Shown here: positions 9,076-16,904 of the stretch, piece by piece
Layout of the letters: every line of letters begins with the position of its first letter
Numbering within the stretch: the stretch's first letter is position 1
NCBI GenBank assembly: GCA_963712115.1
Contig: CAVQGX010000062.1
Coordinates: 1-32,426 of the forward strand
Direction: 5' to 3'
DNA: 32,426 nucleotides
Source: an uncultured delta proteobacterium
GTDB taxonomy: Bacteria > Desulfobacterota > Syntrophobacteria > BM002
Program-made: the position numbers and the translations under genes
Notes under the pieces: generated by a model
Seen by the model: the letters and a program-made list of their open reading frames with translations, nothing else
Database searches by the model: none
Told to the model about the DNA's origin: nothing

Positions 9076-10512
9076 TTGTCGGATCAACAGGCAGAACTGA
9101 GCGTGTTGGGAGCAAGGTTTATCAAGGCCTTCCATCACATGATCAGTACAGTCAAAATACATCAAGATAACAACCAGTTAATAAAGGACTCCATCAAGCA
9201 TTTTGCCAAGGCCCTCTCGGAGATTTCTGGTGGTATGGAGCTGGAAGTCCTTCTTTGGCGGGGAAGGTTTTTCATCCAAGGCGAAAAGCTCTATTACCGT
9301 AAGGAAAGTTTCGCCTTGATCAACGAGATGATGGACTACTTTCCCCAGCGCGGCCTCCGTGGGTTAATTTTCCATCCAACCTTCAAGGAGGGCACACTTA
9401 AGGAGTTCGTCATTTTTGCTCGGCTGCTTAATGAGTCGGCTGGGCGCGATGATCCCCCAAATTGGCTTGATAAACAATTTAAAGCTCACGAACTCATGTG
9501 GGTAGAGATTCTCAAGGAAATGGACGAGGATCCTCCGGAACTTGAATTAAAAAAGAAGGAACAGGCTCGACAAAGCTACATGCACTCCATGGTTGCAGTC
9601 AAAGAGGTGGCTCAGAAAGTTTCCCAGCGAAGCGTTGCTGGAATTCGCAAGGCGAGACGTCTGGCCCAAACCATGGTGGATCTGGTCCTTGACGATGAGT
9701 CTCTCATGCTGGGCTTAACCACAATCCGCGACTACGACGATTATACCTATACCCACTCGGTAAATGTGGCATTGCTAGCCATGGCCTTGGGCAAACGGAT
9801 CGGTATGTCTCAGATCTTTCTCGAGCAGCTTGGCATCTGTGGGATGTTCCACGATTTAGGCAAGGTAGAGGTGCCCAAGGAGATTCTCCTCAAACCTGAT
9901 ATGCTGAATACTGGCGAGTGGGATCAGATGCGGAAGCATCCGTTGATAGGTGTACACAGAGTGCTCCAACTGCATGCATCCCGTGAGATGAAATCAAGGG
10001 CTGCCCTCGGACCTTTTGAACATCACCTCAACTACAATCTAACCGGTTACCCCAAGACCCATTTCGTCAATAAGGTGACTCTATTCGGCAAGATCCTGCG
10101 CATAGCGGACACCTACGATGCTCTTACCTCAGAACGCAAATATCGACCTAGAGCCTTCAGCCCGGATGAAGCATTGAGATTGATGTGGAGTAAAGTGGGA
10201 GAAGATTATGACCCCATCCTGTTGAAAATTTTTGTCCACATGGTGGGACTTTATCCTGTGGGGACAATACTGAAACTAGATACTGGCGAGATGGGCCTTG
10301 TGGTGGATTATCCCAGTGATGATGAAAGAACGCGACCCGAGGTGCTATTGCTGGAAGATGACGGTGAGGGTGGCTTTAAAGGTGGTAAAACCGTAAGTCT
10401 CGAGGAGCGGGATGAGAAAACCGGTTCATTCTTGAGGAACGTTTTGGAGTGTCACCATCCGTCCAAGCTTGGACTCCAACCTGCACAATTTTACCTACAA
10501 GAAGCCAGCTAA
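9076..10512 (+). CDS. HD-GYP domain protein (putative cyclic-dinucleotide phosphodiesterase)
   Basis: YTYTHSVNV, FHDLGK, HH...TGYP, ADTYDALTSERKYR; starts 3 nt after the upstream stop. Confidence 0.88.
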   Translation: MSDQQAELSVLGARFIKAFHHMISTVKIHQDNNQLIKDSIKHFAKALSEISGGMELEVLLWRGRFFIQGEKLYYRKESFALINEMMDYFPQRGLRGLIFHPTFKEGTLKEFVIFARLLNESAGRDDPPNWLDKQFKAHELMWVEILKEMDEDPPELELKKKEQARQSYMHSMVAVKEVAQKVSQRSVAGIRKARRLAQTMVDLVLDDESLMLGLTTIRDYDDYTYTHSVNVALLAMALGKRIGMSQIFLEQLGICGMFHDLGKVEVPKEILLKPDMLNTGEWDQMRKHPLIGVHRVLQLHASREMKSRAALGPFEHHLNYNLTGYPKTHFVNKVTLFGKILRIADTYDALTSERKYRPRAFSPDEALRLMWSKVGEDYDPILLKIFVHMVGLYPVGTILKLDTGEMGLVVDYPSDDERTRPEVLLLEDDGEGGFKGGKTVSLEERDEKTGSFLRNVLECHHPSKLGLQPAQFYLQEAS

Positions 10513-10617
10513 GGATTTTGGATTTCGGATTGTAGATTGCGGATATTAAGAGGCATAGAGCATAGAGCAAAGGGCATAGAGTGAAGGACTTTGAATTTGC
10601 CCTATGCTCCATGCTCA
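10513..10617. repeat. Composite period-7 arrays (GGATTTC family, then GCATAGA hairpin)
   Basis: GGATTTT GGATTTC GGATTGT AGATTGC GGATATT; GCATAGA GCATAGA GCAAAGG GCATAGA ... TGCCCTATGCTCCATGCTC. Confidence 0.8.
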
Positions 10618-10664
10618 GTTCTACTGACTCCTGAATTATGACTCTTTTCTTTGCACTCTTACTG

Positions 10665-10693
10665 TTGCCCCTTGCATGACTCTGAGATAGACT
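10665..10693 (+). promoter_or_regulatory. Possible sigma70 promoter of the small Cys-rich gene
   Basis: TTGCCC-17 bp-TAGACT. Confidence 0.4.
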
Positions 10694-10733
10694 TAGGATA
10701 ATTCTTAAATAGATTATTTTTGGAGAGAAAAGG

Positions 10734-10964
10734 GTGTCTAACTCCGAAAAGACATTCCAGCGCTTACCCCAGTATCAGGGCCTTTTCTACGCCCCTTGCT
10801 GCGAAAAAGGTTCGAAAAAACATCCTTGCCCTGATTGCCATTTCTGTCAGGAGTGCTCGCCCTCGCGCTGCCAGGTTTGCAGAGGAACTGGCCGAAAATC
10901 TCAAGATAAGCTATCCTTTAAAGAGCAGATTGCCCTCTATGAAAAAATGAACTCCGAAAAATAA
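10734..10964 (+). CDS. Small Cys-rich hypothetical protein (76 aa, probably metal-binding)
   Basis: 8 Cys: CC...CPDCHFCQECSPSRCQVC; GGAG upstream of a GTG start. Confidence 0.7.
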   Translation: MSNSEKTFQRLPQYQGLFYAPCCEKGSKKHPCPDCHFCQECSPSRCQVCRGTGRKSQDKLSFKEQIALYEKMNSEK

Positions 10965-11033
10965 TCCAAAATCCGCAATTCGAGATTCGCAATTCGAAAT
11001 CACTTCCCCATGCTCCATGCCCTATGCTCTCAG
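10963..11033. repeat. Reverse-complement arms of the GGATTTC and GCATAGA families
   Basis: AATCCAA AATCCGC AATTCGA GATTCGC AATTCGA AATC; CCCATGC TCCATGC CCTATGC TCTCAGC. Confidence 0.78.
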
Positions 11034-11045
11034 CCCAATAACTAC

Positions 11046-11957
11046 TTACTCCTCCCCCGGAATGCCTCGGTAGGAGATTCTTCTGGCATTGCCTCGGTTG
11101 AGAGCCACAGCACTGCCGAGAACCATAGCCCCTCCCAGCCAAAAGCGCCAAGTCACCGGTTCACCGAGAAAAAATATGCCGAGAATTGAGGTGAAAACCA
11201 CTTCAGCCATTAAGAAAAGGCCCCCTTCCCAGCTTTTGCAGTAGCGAAATCCCTGATTCATCAGGAGTTGGGCGGCCAAGGACGAGCAGACAATACCCCC
11301 TAACATGAGCCATTCAACTGGAACGCTGGGGATCTGAGGATTGGCCACAAAGGGGGGTAATGAGATTATGGAACCGAGGAGACAGAAGTAAAGATAGATG
11401 ACTACGGGACCGTTTGTCTCCCTTAACTTCTTGATTATGGAGACGGTTAGACCAGCAAAACCGCCGCCCAAAACAGCTAGAGCCTGACCCAAAAGAGCAG
11501 TGTGCAGACTAAAATCAAAGAGAATAGCTACTCCACTTAGAGCAGCAATGACAAACAAAATTTCGTCCCGGGTAATAGTCTCCTTGAATATCAGGGGCGA
11601 GAAAAAGGCAGAGAAAGCCGGAAAAGAAAAGAAAAGGACTAAGGCAGTGGAAATTGGGATCAAACGAATGGCAGCAACGAGTGCCAGGAAAGCACAACAC
11701 CCGGTTATTCCTCTGATTACCAAAAGCTTTCGATTTTGAGCAGAGAAGGGATTACCCTTCCAGCCCAAAATAGGTAGTAAAATGGCTAGGCCACAGGCAA
11801 ATCGATAAAAGGCTATATCCCACACTCGGAAAGATGGCCCTAGAAGCTTGATTAGCCCGTCGAGGACCGCGAAAAGGAAGGCGGCAGCCAGCATCAAAAG
11901 AGCACCCGCAGTTGGGGCGGAATTATAGGGGGCTTTGAGGGTTGCCTTGGGACTCAT
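11046..11957 (-). CDS. DMT/EamA-family transporter
   Basis: About 10 TM segments in two EamA halves (AFYRF, LIFKETI, FFLGEPVT). ATG at 11957 overlaps the upstream stop (ATGA). Confidence 0.88.
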   Translation of the reverse strand: MSPKATLKAPYNSAPTAGALLMLAAAFLFAVLDGLIKLLGPSFRVWDIAFYRFACGLAILLPILGWKGNPFSAQNRKLLVIRGITGCCAFLALVAAIRLIPISTALVLFFSFPAFSAFFSPLIFKETITRDEILFVIAALSGVAILFDFSLHTALLGQALAVLGGGFAGLTVSIIKKLRETNGPVVIYLYFCLLGSIISLPPFVANPQIPSVPVEWLMLGGIVCSSLAAQLLMNQGFRYCKSWEGGLFLMAEVVFTSILGIFFLGEPVTWRFWLGGAMVLGSAVALNRGNARRISYRGIPGEE

Positions 11958-12250
11958 GGGCGCGGAACATTCGGGTCTTTGTGTTTTAGGTCCTCTGCTA
12001 AAACCGCACAATCAAGAAAACTGCTGGCGTCAGTTATTTGACAATCTTTCTTGACCCTTATAAATCCTCCCTGCTCCAGGTGCTGCAGGGATTTCCTCAC
12101 TGTTTCCAATTCTACGCCCACATAATCTATAAGGTCTTGAACGGACAGGTTGCATTCCTTTCCTTGTCTGTGGCAATAGATAATGGCAAAGAGGACCTTC
12201 TCCGCCGGGCTCAGAGTGGGATCTTCCACAACCGCTTTAATAACTTCCAT
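11954..12250 (-). CDS. Small winged helix-turn-helix protein
   Basis: LSPAEKVLF...SVQDLIDYVGVELETVRKSLQHLEQGGFIRV; GGAG RBS. Confidence 0.75.
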   Translation of the reverse strand: MEVIKAVVEDPTLSPAEKVLFAIIYCHRQGKECNLSVQDLIDYVGVELETVRKSLQHLEQGGFIRVKKDCQITDASSFLDCAVLAEDLKHKDPNVPRP

Positions 12251-12279
12251 ATTTTAGCTCCAATGGTTTCACTTTTTAC

Positions 12280-12327
12280 TGAATCTCATAAGGATTCAAT
12301 CTTAGCATTTTTAGGTTTCCTATTGAA
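12280..12327 (-). promoter_or_regulatory. Sigma70 promoter with a downstream palindrome (candidate operator)
   Basis: Minus strand TTCAAT-17 bp-TAAGAT with TGn extension; TGAATC-N7-GATTCA at 12280-12298. Confidence 0.5.
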
Positions 12328-12372
12328 GTGGTGGCGCGCCAAAAAGATGAGGTTGGAGTATTGGAGCCCAGC

Positions 12373-12472
12373 GATTTTAGATTTTAGAATGCAGATTTCG
12401 GATTTAAGAACTAAGAACCTCGCGGGAAGGAATGGATGTAGCCCCAATCTGCAATCAGCAATCTGAAATCAT
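12373..12472. repeat. Period-7 inverted-arm hairpin (GGATTTC family)
   Basis: GATTTTA GATTTTA GAATGCA GATTTCG GATTTAA ... CAATCTG CAATCAG CAATCTG AAATCAT. Confidence 0.75.
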
Positions 12473-12748
12473 AAGTGATAATTGCTCCAGCTGACTTCCG
12501 AGCGAAGGAAAGACTCCTAAAGCTCCCTTGGGGGCAGCCCAAAGTCAGATCCTCCCCCGCAGAGCGGGATCTTCGACGGGCCTGGACTGTTTGGTGATAG
12601 TTAAAGAAAATTTTCGTTATCGAAAGAAATATGGTTGAAAAGAGTACAGAGAGGACTTATTTTAACTTTTCATTCTAATATTTAAAATTTTGTAACATTT
12701 TTGGGGTTGGAATATAAGCTGACTTTTGTTATATATCTACGGTTTTTT

Positions 12749-12788
12749 GCCGGGATTTCCTTCGGTATAAGTCAAACCCCGGCTTTTT
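12749..12788 (+). terminator. Terminator/attenuator-like hairpin in the leader of the PxxKW gene
   Basis: GCCGGG...CCCGGC followed by TTTTT. Confidence 0.4.
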
Positions 12789-12883
12789 ATTCGCCTTCCC
12801 AAGCGTATCCTACAATTCGTTGCGGGGAGATTCATAGGCGGAAATACAACAACAAAACCTATTTATCAGAGGAGGGACGGACA

Positions 12884-13159
12884 ATGCTCTGTCAAACGAT
12901 CAAAGAAGGCACAGAATGCTTTTTCATGGGCAAGCAAGGATGCACCTACAATGGTGGCGTCTGTTACCCCATCGTCGAATCCTGCCAAGGTTGTGGCAAG
13001 TCTATGACCTTATCGCAAGGCGTTTATTGCCAATCCTGCCCAGAGCCTCAAATCAAGTGGAAAAACGGCTCCTGCAATCTCGCCACCCACGTGAAGCTCG
13101 GTACCGAGAAGGTTGTGAAGCTGAATCCCTTGAAGGCTTCCAAACGTTCTCGCAGGTAA
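12884..13159 (+). CDS. PxxKW-family cysteine-rich protein (91 aa)
   Basis: 9 Cys, PEPQIKW motif, CNLATH, basic tail KLNPLKASKR; GGAGG RBS before ATG 12884. Confidence 0.85.
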   Translation: MLCQTIKEGTECFFMGKQGCTYNGGVCYPIVESCQGCGKSMTLSQGVYCQSCPEPQIKWKNGSCNLATHVKLGTEKVVKLNPLKASKRSRR

Positions 13160-13324
13160 GCCAGACAACTGGTCTTCAACCAATGGGTGACTAAAGTGCT
13201 TAGGCTGGCCTCCATTTAGTCCGGCGAGGGTGAAGTATGCCCTCATGGCCACTAGGCACCCTCAAGTCATTACATTTAGCCTCAGTGCCTTTCTTTATCA
13301 CTAGGGTCAGGTTCGTCCATCTAC

Positions 13325-13532
13325 GGTCACTTGCCTTCGGCGTCATTCAGGCTGCCGCCCGTCATTAGGCCTCACGGCCGTCATTAAGTTGTTCCAAAGC
13401 CACAATGAGAGTTGACTAGACAGCGTAGCCTTAATGACCATAAATGACGCCGCAGGCATATTGACAGCGTAGCGTACTGACGACCACTTTCAGTGGCCAA
13501 ATGACTACGAGTGGCGGCGACGCCAAATGACC
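13325..13532. repeat. GTCATT/AATGAC-linked mini-hairpin chain element, copy 1
   Basis: Collinear with 28317-28516; shares units with 16691-16904 and 20791-20862. Confidence 0.85.
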
Positions 13533-13596
13533 CGGTGAAACTTCAGCGCCAATCCAACAATCCTCTAATTCCAGCATCTAGAAGAGCGCCACTCCC

Positions 13597-13625
13597 TTGA
13601 CTTGCCCATAGCAATGGGGCATAGT
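13597..13625 (+). promoter_or_regulatory. Possible sigma70 promoter of the Nudix operon
   Basis: TTGACT-17 bp-CATAGT; the spacer is an imperfect palindrome (TGCCCAT-AGCA-ATGGGGCA). Confidence 0.45.
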
Positions 13626-13687
13626 CCAAGCATCTCTGGTTAGCATCTGTAAATCCATATCTCTCCTCGCAGCAATAAGGAGCGCAA

Positions 13688-14455
13688 GTGATTAGCCCCG
13701 ATCTGTTACAGGATATCGAGGTCGTAGGAGAGGAAACTGGTGAACCGGTGTCACCTTTTGTGCGGCTTCGCAGGTTACAGCTAAGACATCGTTACAAAGA
13801 CGATCTCTATTCTCAATCCTATACCTTCGATATTGTTGAGGGTCCTTTTGCTGATGCAGTGGCAATTGCTCTCTACCACATCGACAGTAGAGGGAAGGTA
13901 TGGGTTGGCCTTCGGCGTGGGGTTAGGCCTTCAATATACCTAAGGAAGGACAATCCGGCTAAGGCTTTTCTGGACGCTCTGCCACGTCTAACTTACCTGG
14001 AGTTGGTGGCAGGGGGAATCGAGTATGATGATCTGGACAGCATTGGCATCAACGGCAGGGCCGCACTTGAAGTCATGGAAGAGGCCGGATATGAGGTAAA
14101 GGCTGAAGAACTGGTCAGCCTCGGTGGGGGCACTTTTTCATCTCCAGGTTTCGGCATGGAGAAAATATATTATCGGGCGGTAAAGGTGGATCCTCTTGAG
14201 GGAATGGAGCCGGGAGGTGACGGCCATCCCCTGGAAGAGGTAGGCGATTTTCAGTTTCATGAACTTTCCCAGGCGATTTCCTGGTGTCGCAGTGGCGAGA
14301 TAGAGGACGCCAAGACAGAGATAGGCCTGTACAGGTTGGCAAATTATCTCGGCTACCATCCCGAATTTGGTCTTTGGCGGAAGGAGTTGCCGCCTGACCT
14401 GCGTCAGAGGGTTCGCTCTCTAGGGCTTGGTCCTGGTCAATCTGAAAGGACATGA
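13688..14455 (+). CDS. Nudix hydrolase (ADP-ribose pyrophosphatase-like)
   Basis: ELVAGGIE...AALEVMEEAGY Nudix box (with insertion, lacking the canonical Arg), SPG..MEK, IEDAKT; AAGGAG RBS. Confidence 0.8.
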   Translation: MISPDLLQDIEVVGEETGEPVSPFVRLRRLQLRHRYKDDLYSQSYTFDIVEGPFADAVAIALYHIDSRGKVWVGLRRGVRPSIYLRKDNPAKAFLDALPRLTYLELVAGGIEYDDLDSIGINGRAALEVMEEAGYEVKAEELVSLGGGTFSSPGFGMEKIYYRAVKVDPLEGMEPGGDGHPLEEVGDFQFHELSQAISWCRSGEIEDAKTEIGLYRLANYLGYHPEFGLWRKELPPDLRQRVRSLGLGPGQSERT

Positions 14456-14844
14456 ATATGGGTTTGGTGACCGCAGCGCTGATCAGAGACGAAGATAAGA
14501 TCTTAATCGCCCAGAGGGGTAGGAACATGCGCTTTGGCTGGAAGTGGGAATTCCCTGGGGGTAAGGTAAGAGTGGATGAGACTCCTGAGGACTGCTTGCA
14601 GCGCGAGATCAAAGAGGAACTCAACCTAGAGATCCAGGTCGAAAAGCACTTTTGCACAACACATCACCAATATCCTGACTTCAACATCGAGCTGATCGCC
14701 TTCTGGTGCTCGATTGTAGGCGGCAAACTGAAATTGGCAGAACATGAACAGGTGCGTTGGGTGACTGTCCAGGAGATGAATCAATACAATTTTGTGGAGG
14801 CAGATCTGAACCTCATCACTGCCCTAGAAGAAATTCGGATATAG
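14452..14844 (+). CDS. MutT/NudG-like (d)NTP pyrophosphohydrolase
   Basis: WEFPGGKV..DETPEDCLQREIKEELN; ATGA overlap with the upstream gene. Confidence 0.9.
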   Translation: MNMGLVTAALIRDEDKILIAQRGRNMRFGWKWEFPGGKVRVDETPEDCLQREIKEELNLEIQVEKHFCTTHHQYPDFNIELIAFWCSIVGGKLKLAEHEQVRWVTVQEMNQYNFVEADLNLITALEEIRI

Positions 14845-14920
14845 TTCCCGGAGCACTGAGTGAAGTCCGAAACGGACGAGTAACACCATCTCAGTTAGAC
14901 GACAGAGGAAGTTTTGAGCC

Positions 14921-16093
14921 ATGAAAAAGAGAATTTCACCCTTGCTGGGGGCTAAAGAGGAACTTACCAAACGGGAAGCAAGTGTGCTTTCCCCATACGC
15001 TACCCTTAGCACAGCAGCCATCCGGAGGCGACCAGAAGAAAAGGTTGAAAGAGGGCACAGGCAACACTTCTCCCTGGATGGGGACAGAATACTCCATTCG
15101 CTGGCCTACACCCGCTACATCGACAAGACCCAGGTTTTCTACCTGGTTGACAATGACCACATTACTCACAGGGTTCTGCACGTCCAATTTCTTTCCAAGA
15201 TAGCTAGGGATGTTGGCCGTTTTCTCCGGTTGAATGAAGACCTCATCGAGGCCATTGCCCTTGGTCACGATATTGGACACGCCCCCTTCGGGCACGATGG
15301 TGAGCGGTACCTTTCCAATATCTGTCGTGGTCATGGGATTGGTGGATTTCAACACAACGTTCAGAGTGTCCGCTTCCTAGACCGCATAGAAAAGAAGGGC
15401 AAGGGTTGGAACCTTTCCCTCCAGGTGTTGGATGGTATTATTTGCCATGATGGGGAGATCCACGAGCAGAGCCTGAGGCCACAACCGGGCAAGACTTTTG
15501 CTGATCTCGACCGAGAAATGGAACTGAAAAGTGACGACCCGAGCGCAAATCTCACGCCTATGACCCTTGAAGGTTGTGTGGTGCGCCTTGCCGACACAAT
15601 TAGCTACATCGGCCGCGATATAGAAGATGCCATTAGGCTCAATCTCATAAGTCGAGAAGAGATCCCCCCAAACTGCGGCACTCTCTTGGGGACCACCAAT
15701 GGTGCAATTGTTTACAATCTAGTAGAAGATGTGATTAAAAATAGCATGGACAAAGACGGGGTGGGGTTCAGTCCTGAGGTCTCCGAAGCCCTTCGGGAGC
15801 TCAAGTCTTTTAACTACGATAGAATCTATCAAAACCCCAAAATTAAAGGTGAAGTGAGAAAGATTGGTCGTATGTTCGAGACTCTCTTTGAACTCTACTT
15901 GGAAGATTTTGCCAAAGAGAACCGCGAGTTCGACCTTTTCAGTGGTTTTCTTGACGGCATGTCCCGGGAGTACATAGACTCCCACTCACCAGCGGAAGTG
16001 GTTCGTGATTTCATTGCGGGGATGACTGATGAGTTCTTCATGAGGCAGTGCAACCTGCGGCTTTTGCCTCAGAGAATGCCCAGCCGCTTTTGA
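14921..16093 (+). CDS. dgt: dGTP triphosphohydrolase-like HD protein
   Basis: DRILHS, KTQVF, ALGHDIGHAPFGHDGE, ADTISY, DFIAGMTD. Confidence 0.88.
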   Translation: MKKRISPLLGAKEELTKREASVLSPYATLSTAAIRRRPEEKVERGHRQHFSLDGDRILHSLAYTRYIDKTQVFYLVDNDHITHRVLHVQFLSKIARDVGRFLRLNEDLIEAIALGHDIGHAPFGHDGERYLSNICRGHGIGGFQHNVQSVRFLDRIEKKGKGWNLSLQVLDGIICHDGEIHEQSLRPQPGKTFADLDREMELKSDDPSANLTPMTLEGCVVRLADTISYIGRDIEDAIRLNLISREEIPPNCGTLLGTTNGAIVYNLVEDVIKNSMDKDGVGFSPEVSEALRELKSFNYDRIYQNPKIKGEVRKIGRMFETLFELYLEDFAKENREFDLFSGFLDGMSREYIDSHSPAEVVRDFIAGMTDEFFMRQCNLRLLPQRMPSRF

Positions 16094-16149
16094 TTCAGGT
16101 TTCAGTGTTCAGGTTTCAGAAATGATAGACCTGAACACTGAAACCTGAA
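16094..16149. repeat. Period-7 perfect 21-bp hairpin (TTCAGGT family)
   Basis: TTCAGGTTTCAGTGTTCAGGT (16094-16114) and its exact reverse complement (16129-16149); starts right after the dgt stop. Confidence 0.88.
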
Positions 16150-16158
16150 GAATGAAAA

Positions 16159-16689
16159 ATGAGCATGGAAATCCTTAAAGTCGTGACCCTGATCATGCTG
16201 GTCTTGGCCATGCCTGCTGCCTTGATTGCGGTTGTCCTCGGTCTTCCAGGAACATGGCTAATATTGGTCACTTCCGTCCTTTATAGTTGGCTAACCGATT
16301 TTTCTGTAATCACCTATCAAATGCTCTTAGGTCTCCTTGTGCTTGCGGTTGCTGCGGAAGTTCTGGAGTTTTGGTCCGGTCTCTGGGGAGCCCGACGTTA
16401 TGGCGGTTCAAAAAAAGCAATGCTGGGGACGTTGATAGGCGGATTAGCTGGTGCAATTATTTTGACACCCATGCTTTTCGGATTTGGCGCTTTAGTGGGA
16501 GCTTTCTTTGGTGCTTTTGCCGGCGGATTTGTGGTTACCTATCTAGAACAAAGAAAAATGAACGAGGCGATGCGAGTGGGGTGGGGCGGCTTGCTGGGAC
16601 GGGTTTTTGCTATGGTTTTTAAAGGGGCGGCGGTGGTGACAATGATTGGTTTGGATGTCTGGGCGATATTCTTCGCCCAAAAGGCCTAA
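16159..16689 (+). CDS. DUF456-family membrane protein
   Basis: LPGTWLI, GARRYGGSKKAMLG; Gly-rich TM helices. Confidence 0.82.
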   Translation: MSMEILKVVTLIMLVLAMPAALIAVVLGLPGTWLILVTSVLYSWLTDFSVITYQMLLGLLVLAVAAEVLEFWSGLWGARRYGGSKKAMLGTLIGGLAGAIILTPMLFGFGALVGAFFGAFAGGFVVTYLEQRKMNEAMRVGWGGLLGRVFAMVFKGAAVVTMIGLDVWAIFFAQKA

Positions 16690-16690
16690 C

Positions 16691-16904
16691 GCCATAAGGC
16701 TTCCGCCCGTCATATGTGGTCATTTGGCTTCGCCGTCAATAGGGCTGGCGCCCGTCATTAGGCCTTACGGCCGTCACTTATGGTCATCTGTAATCATCTG
16801 CCTTTGCCTTCGGAGTCATTCATGTTCACTCATTGTTTGGTGACAATAAATGACAGCGAAGCCTAGTGACGGCCACGTGAGTGGCCAATTGACTACGAAT
16901 GACC
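16691..16904. repeat. Mini-hairpin chain element, copy 2
   Basis: GTCATTT-GGCTTCGCC-GTCAATA-GGGCTGGCGCCC-GTCATTA-GGCCTTACGGCC-GTCACTT ... AATGACAGCGAAGC; overlaps the YcaO stop codon. Confidence 0.85.

Noticed and set aside
12701-12883. N-terminal extension of the PxxKW ORF (likewise 19726-19860, 5787-5831, 30103-30153, 1500-1556)
   Set aside because: Better-supported downstream starts exist; the extensions overlap leaders, repeats or divergent genes.
13325-13532. CRISPR array or TIGR-like guide array
   Set aside because: The linkers are only 6-7 nt, the apparent spacers are recurring palindromes, orientation flips mid-element, and no cas or Nop-domain gene is present.
14856-14884. Hammerhead ribozyme
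   Set aside because: The core has insertions in both CUGANGA and GAAA, and stems I/III with an NUH site cannot be formed; kept only as a generic structure candidate.
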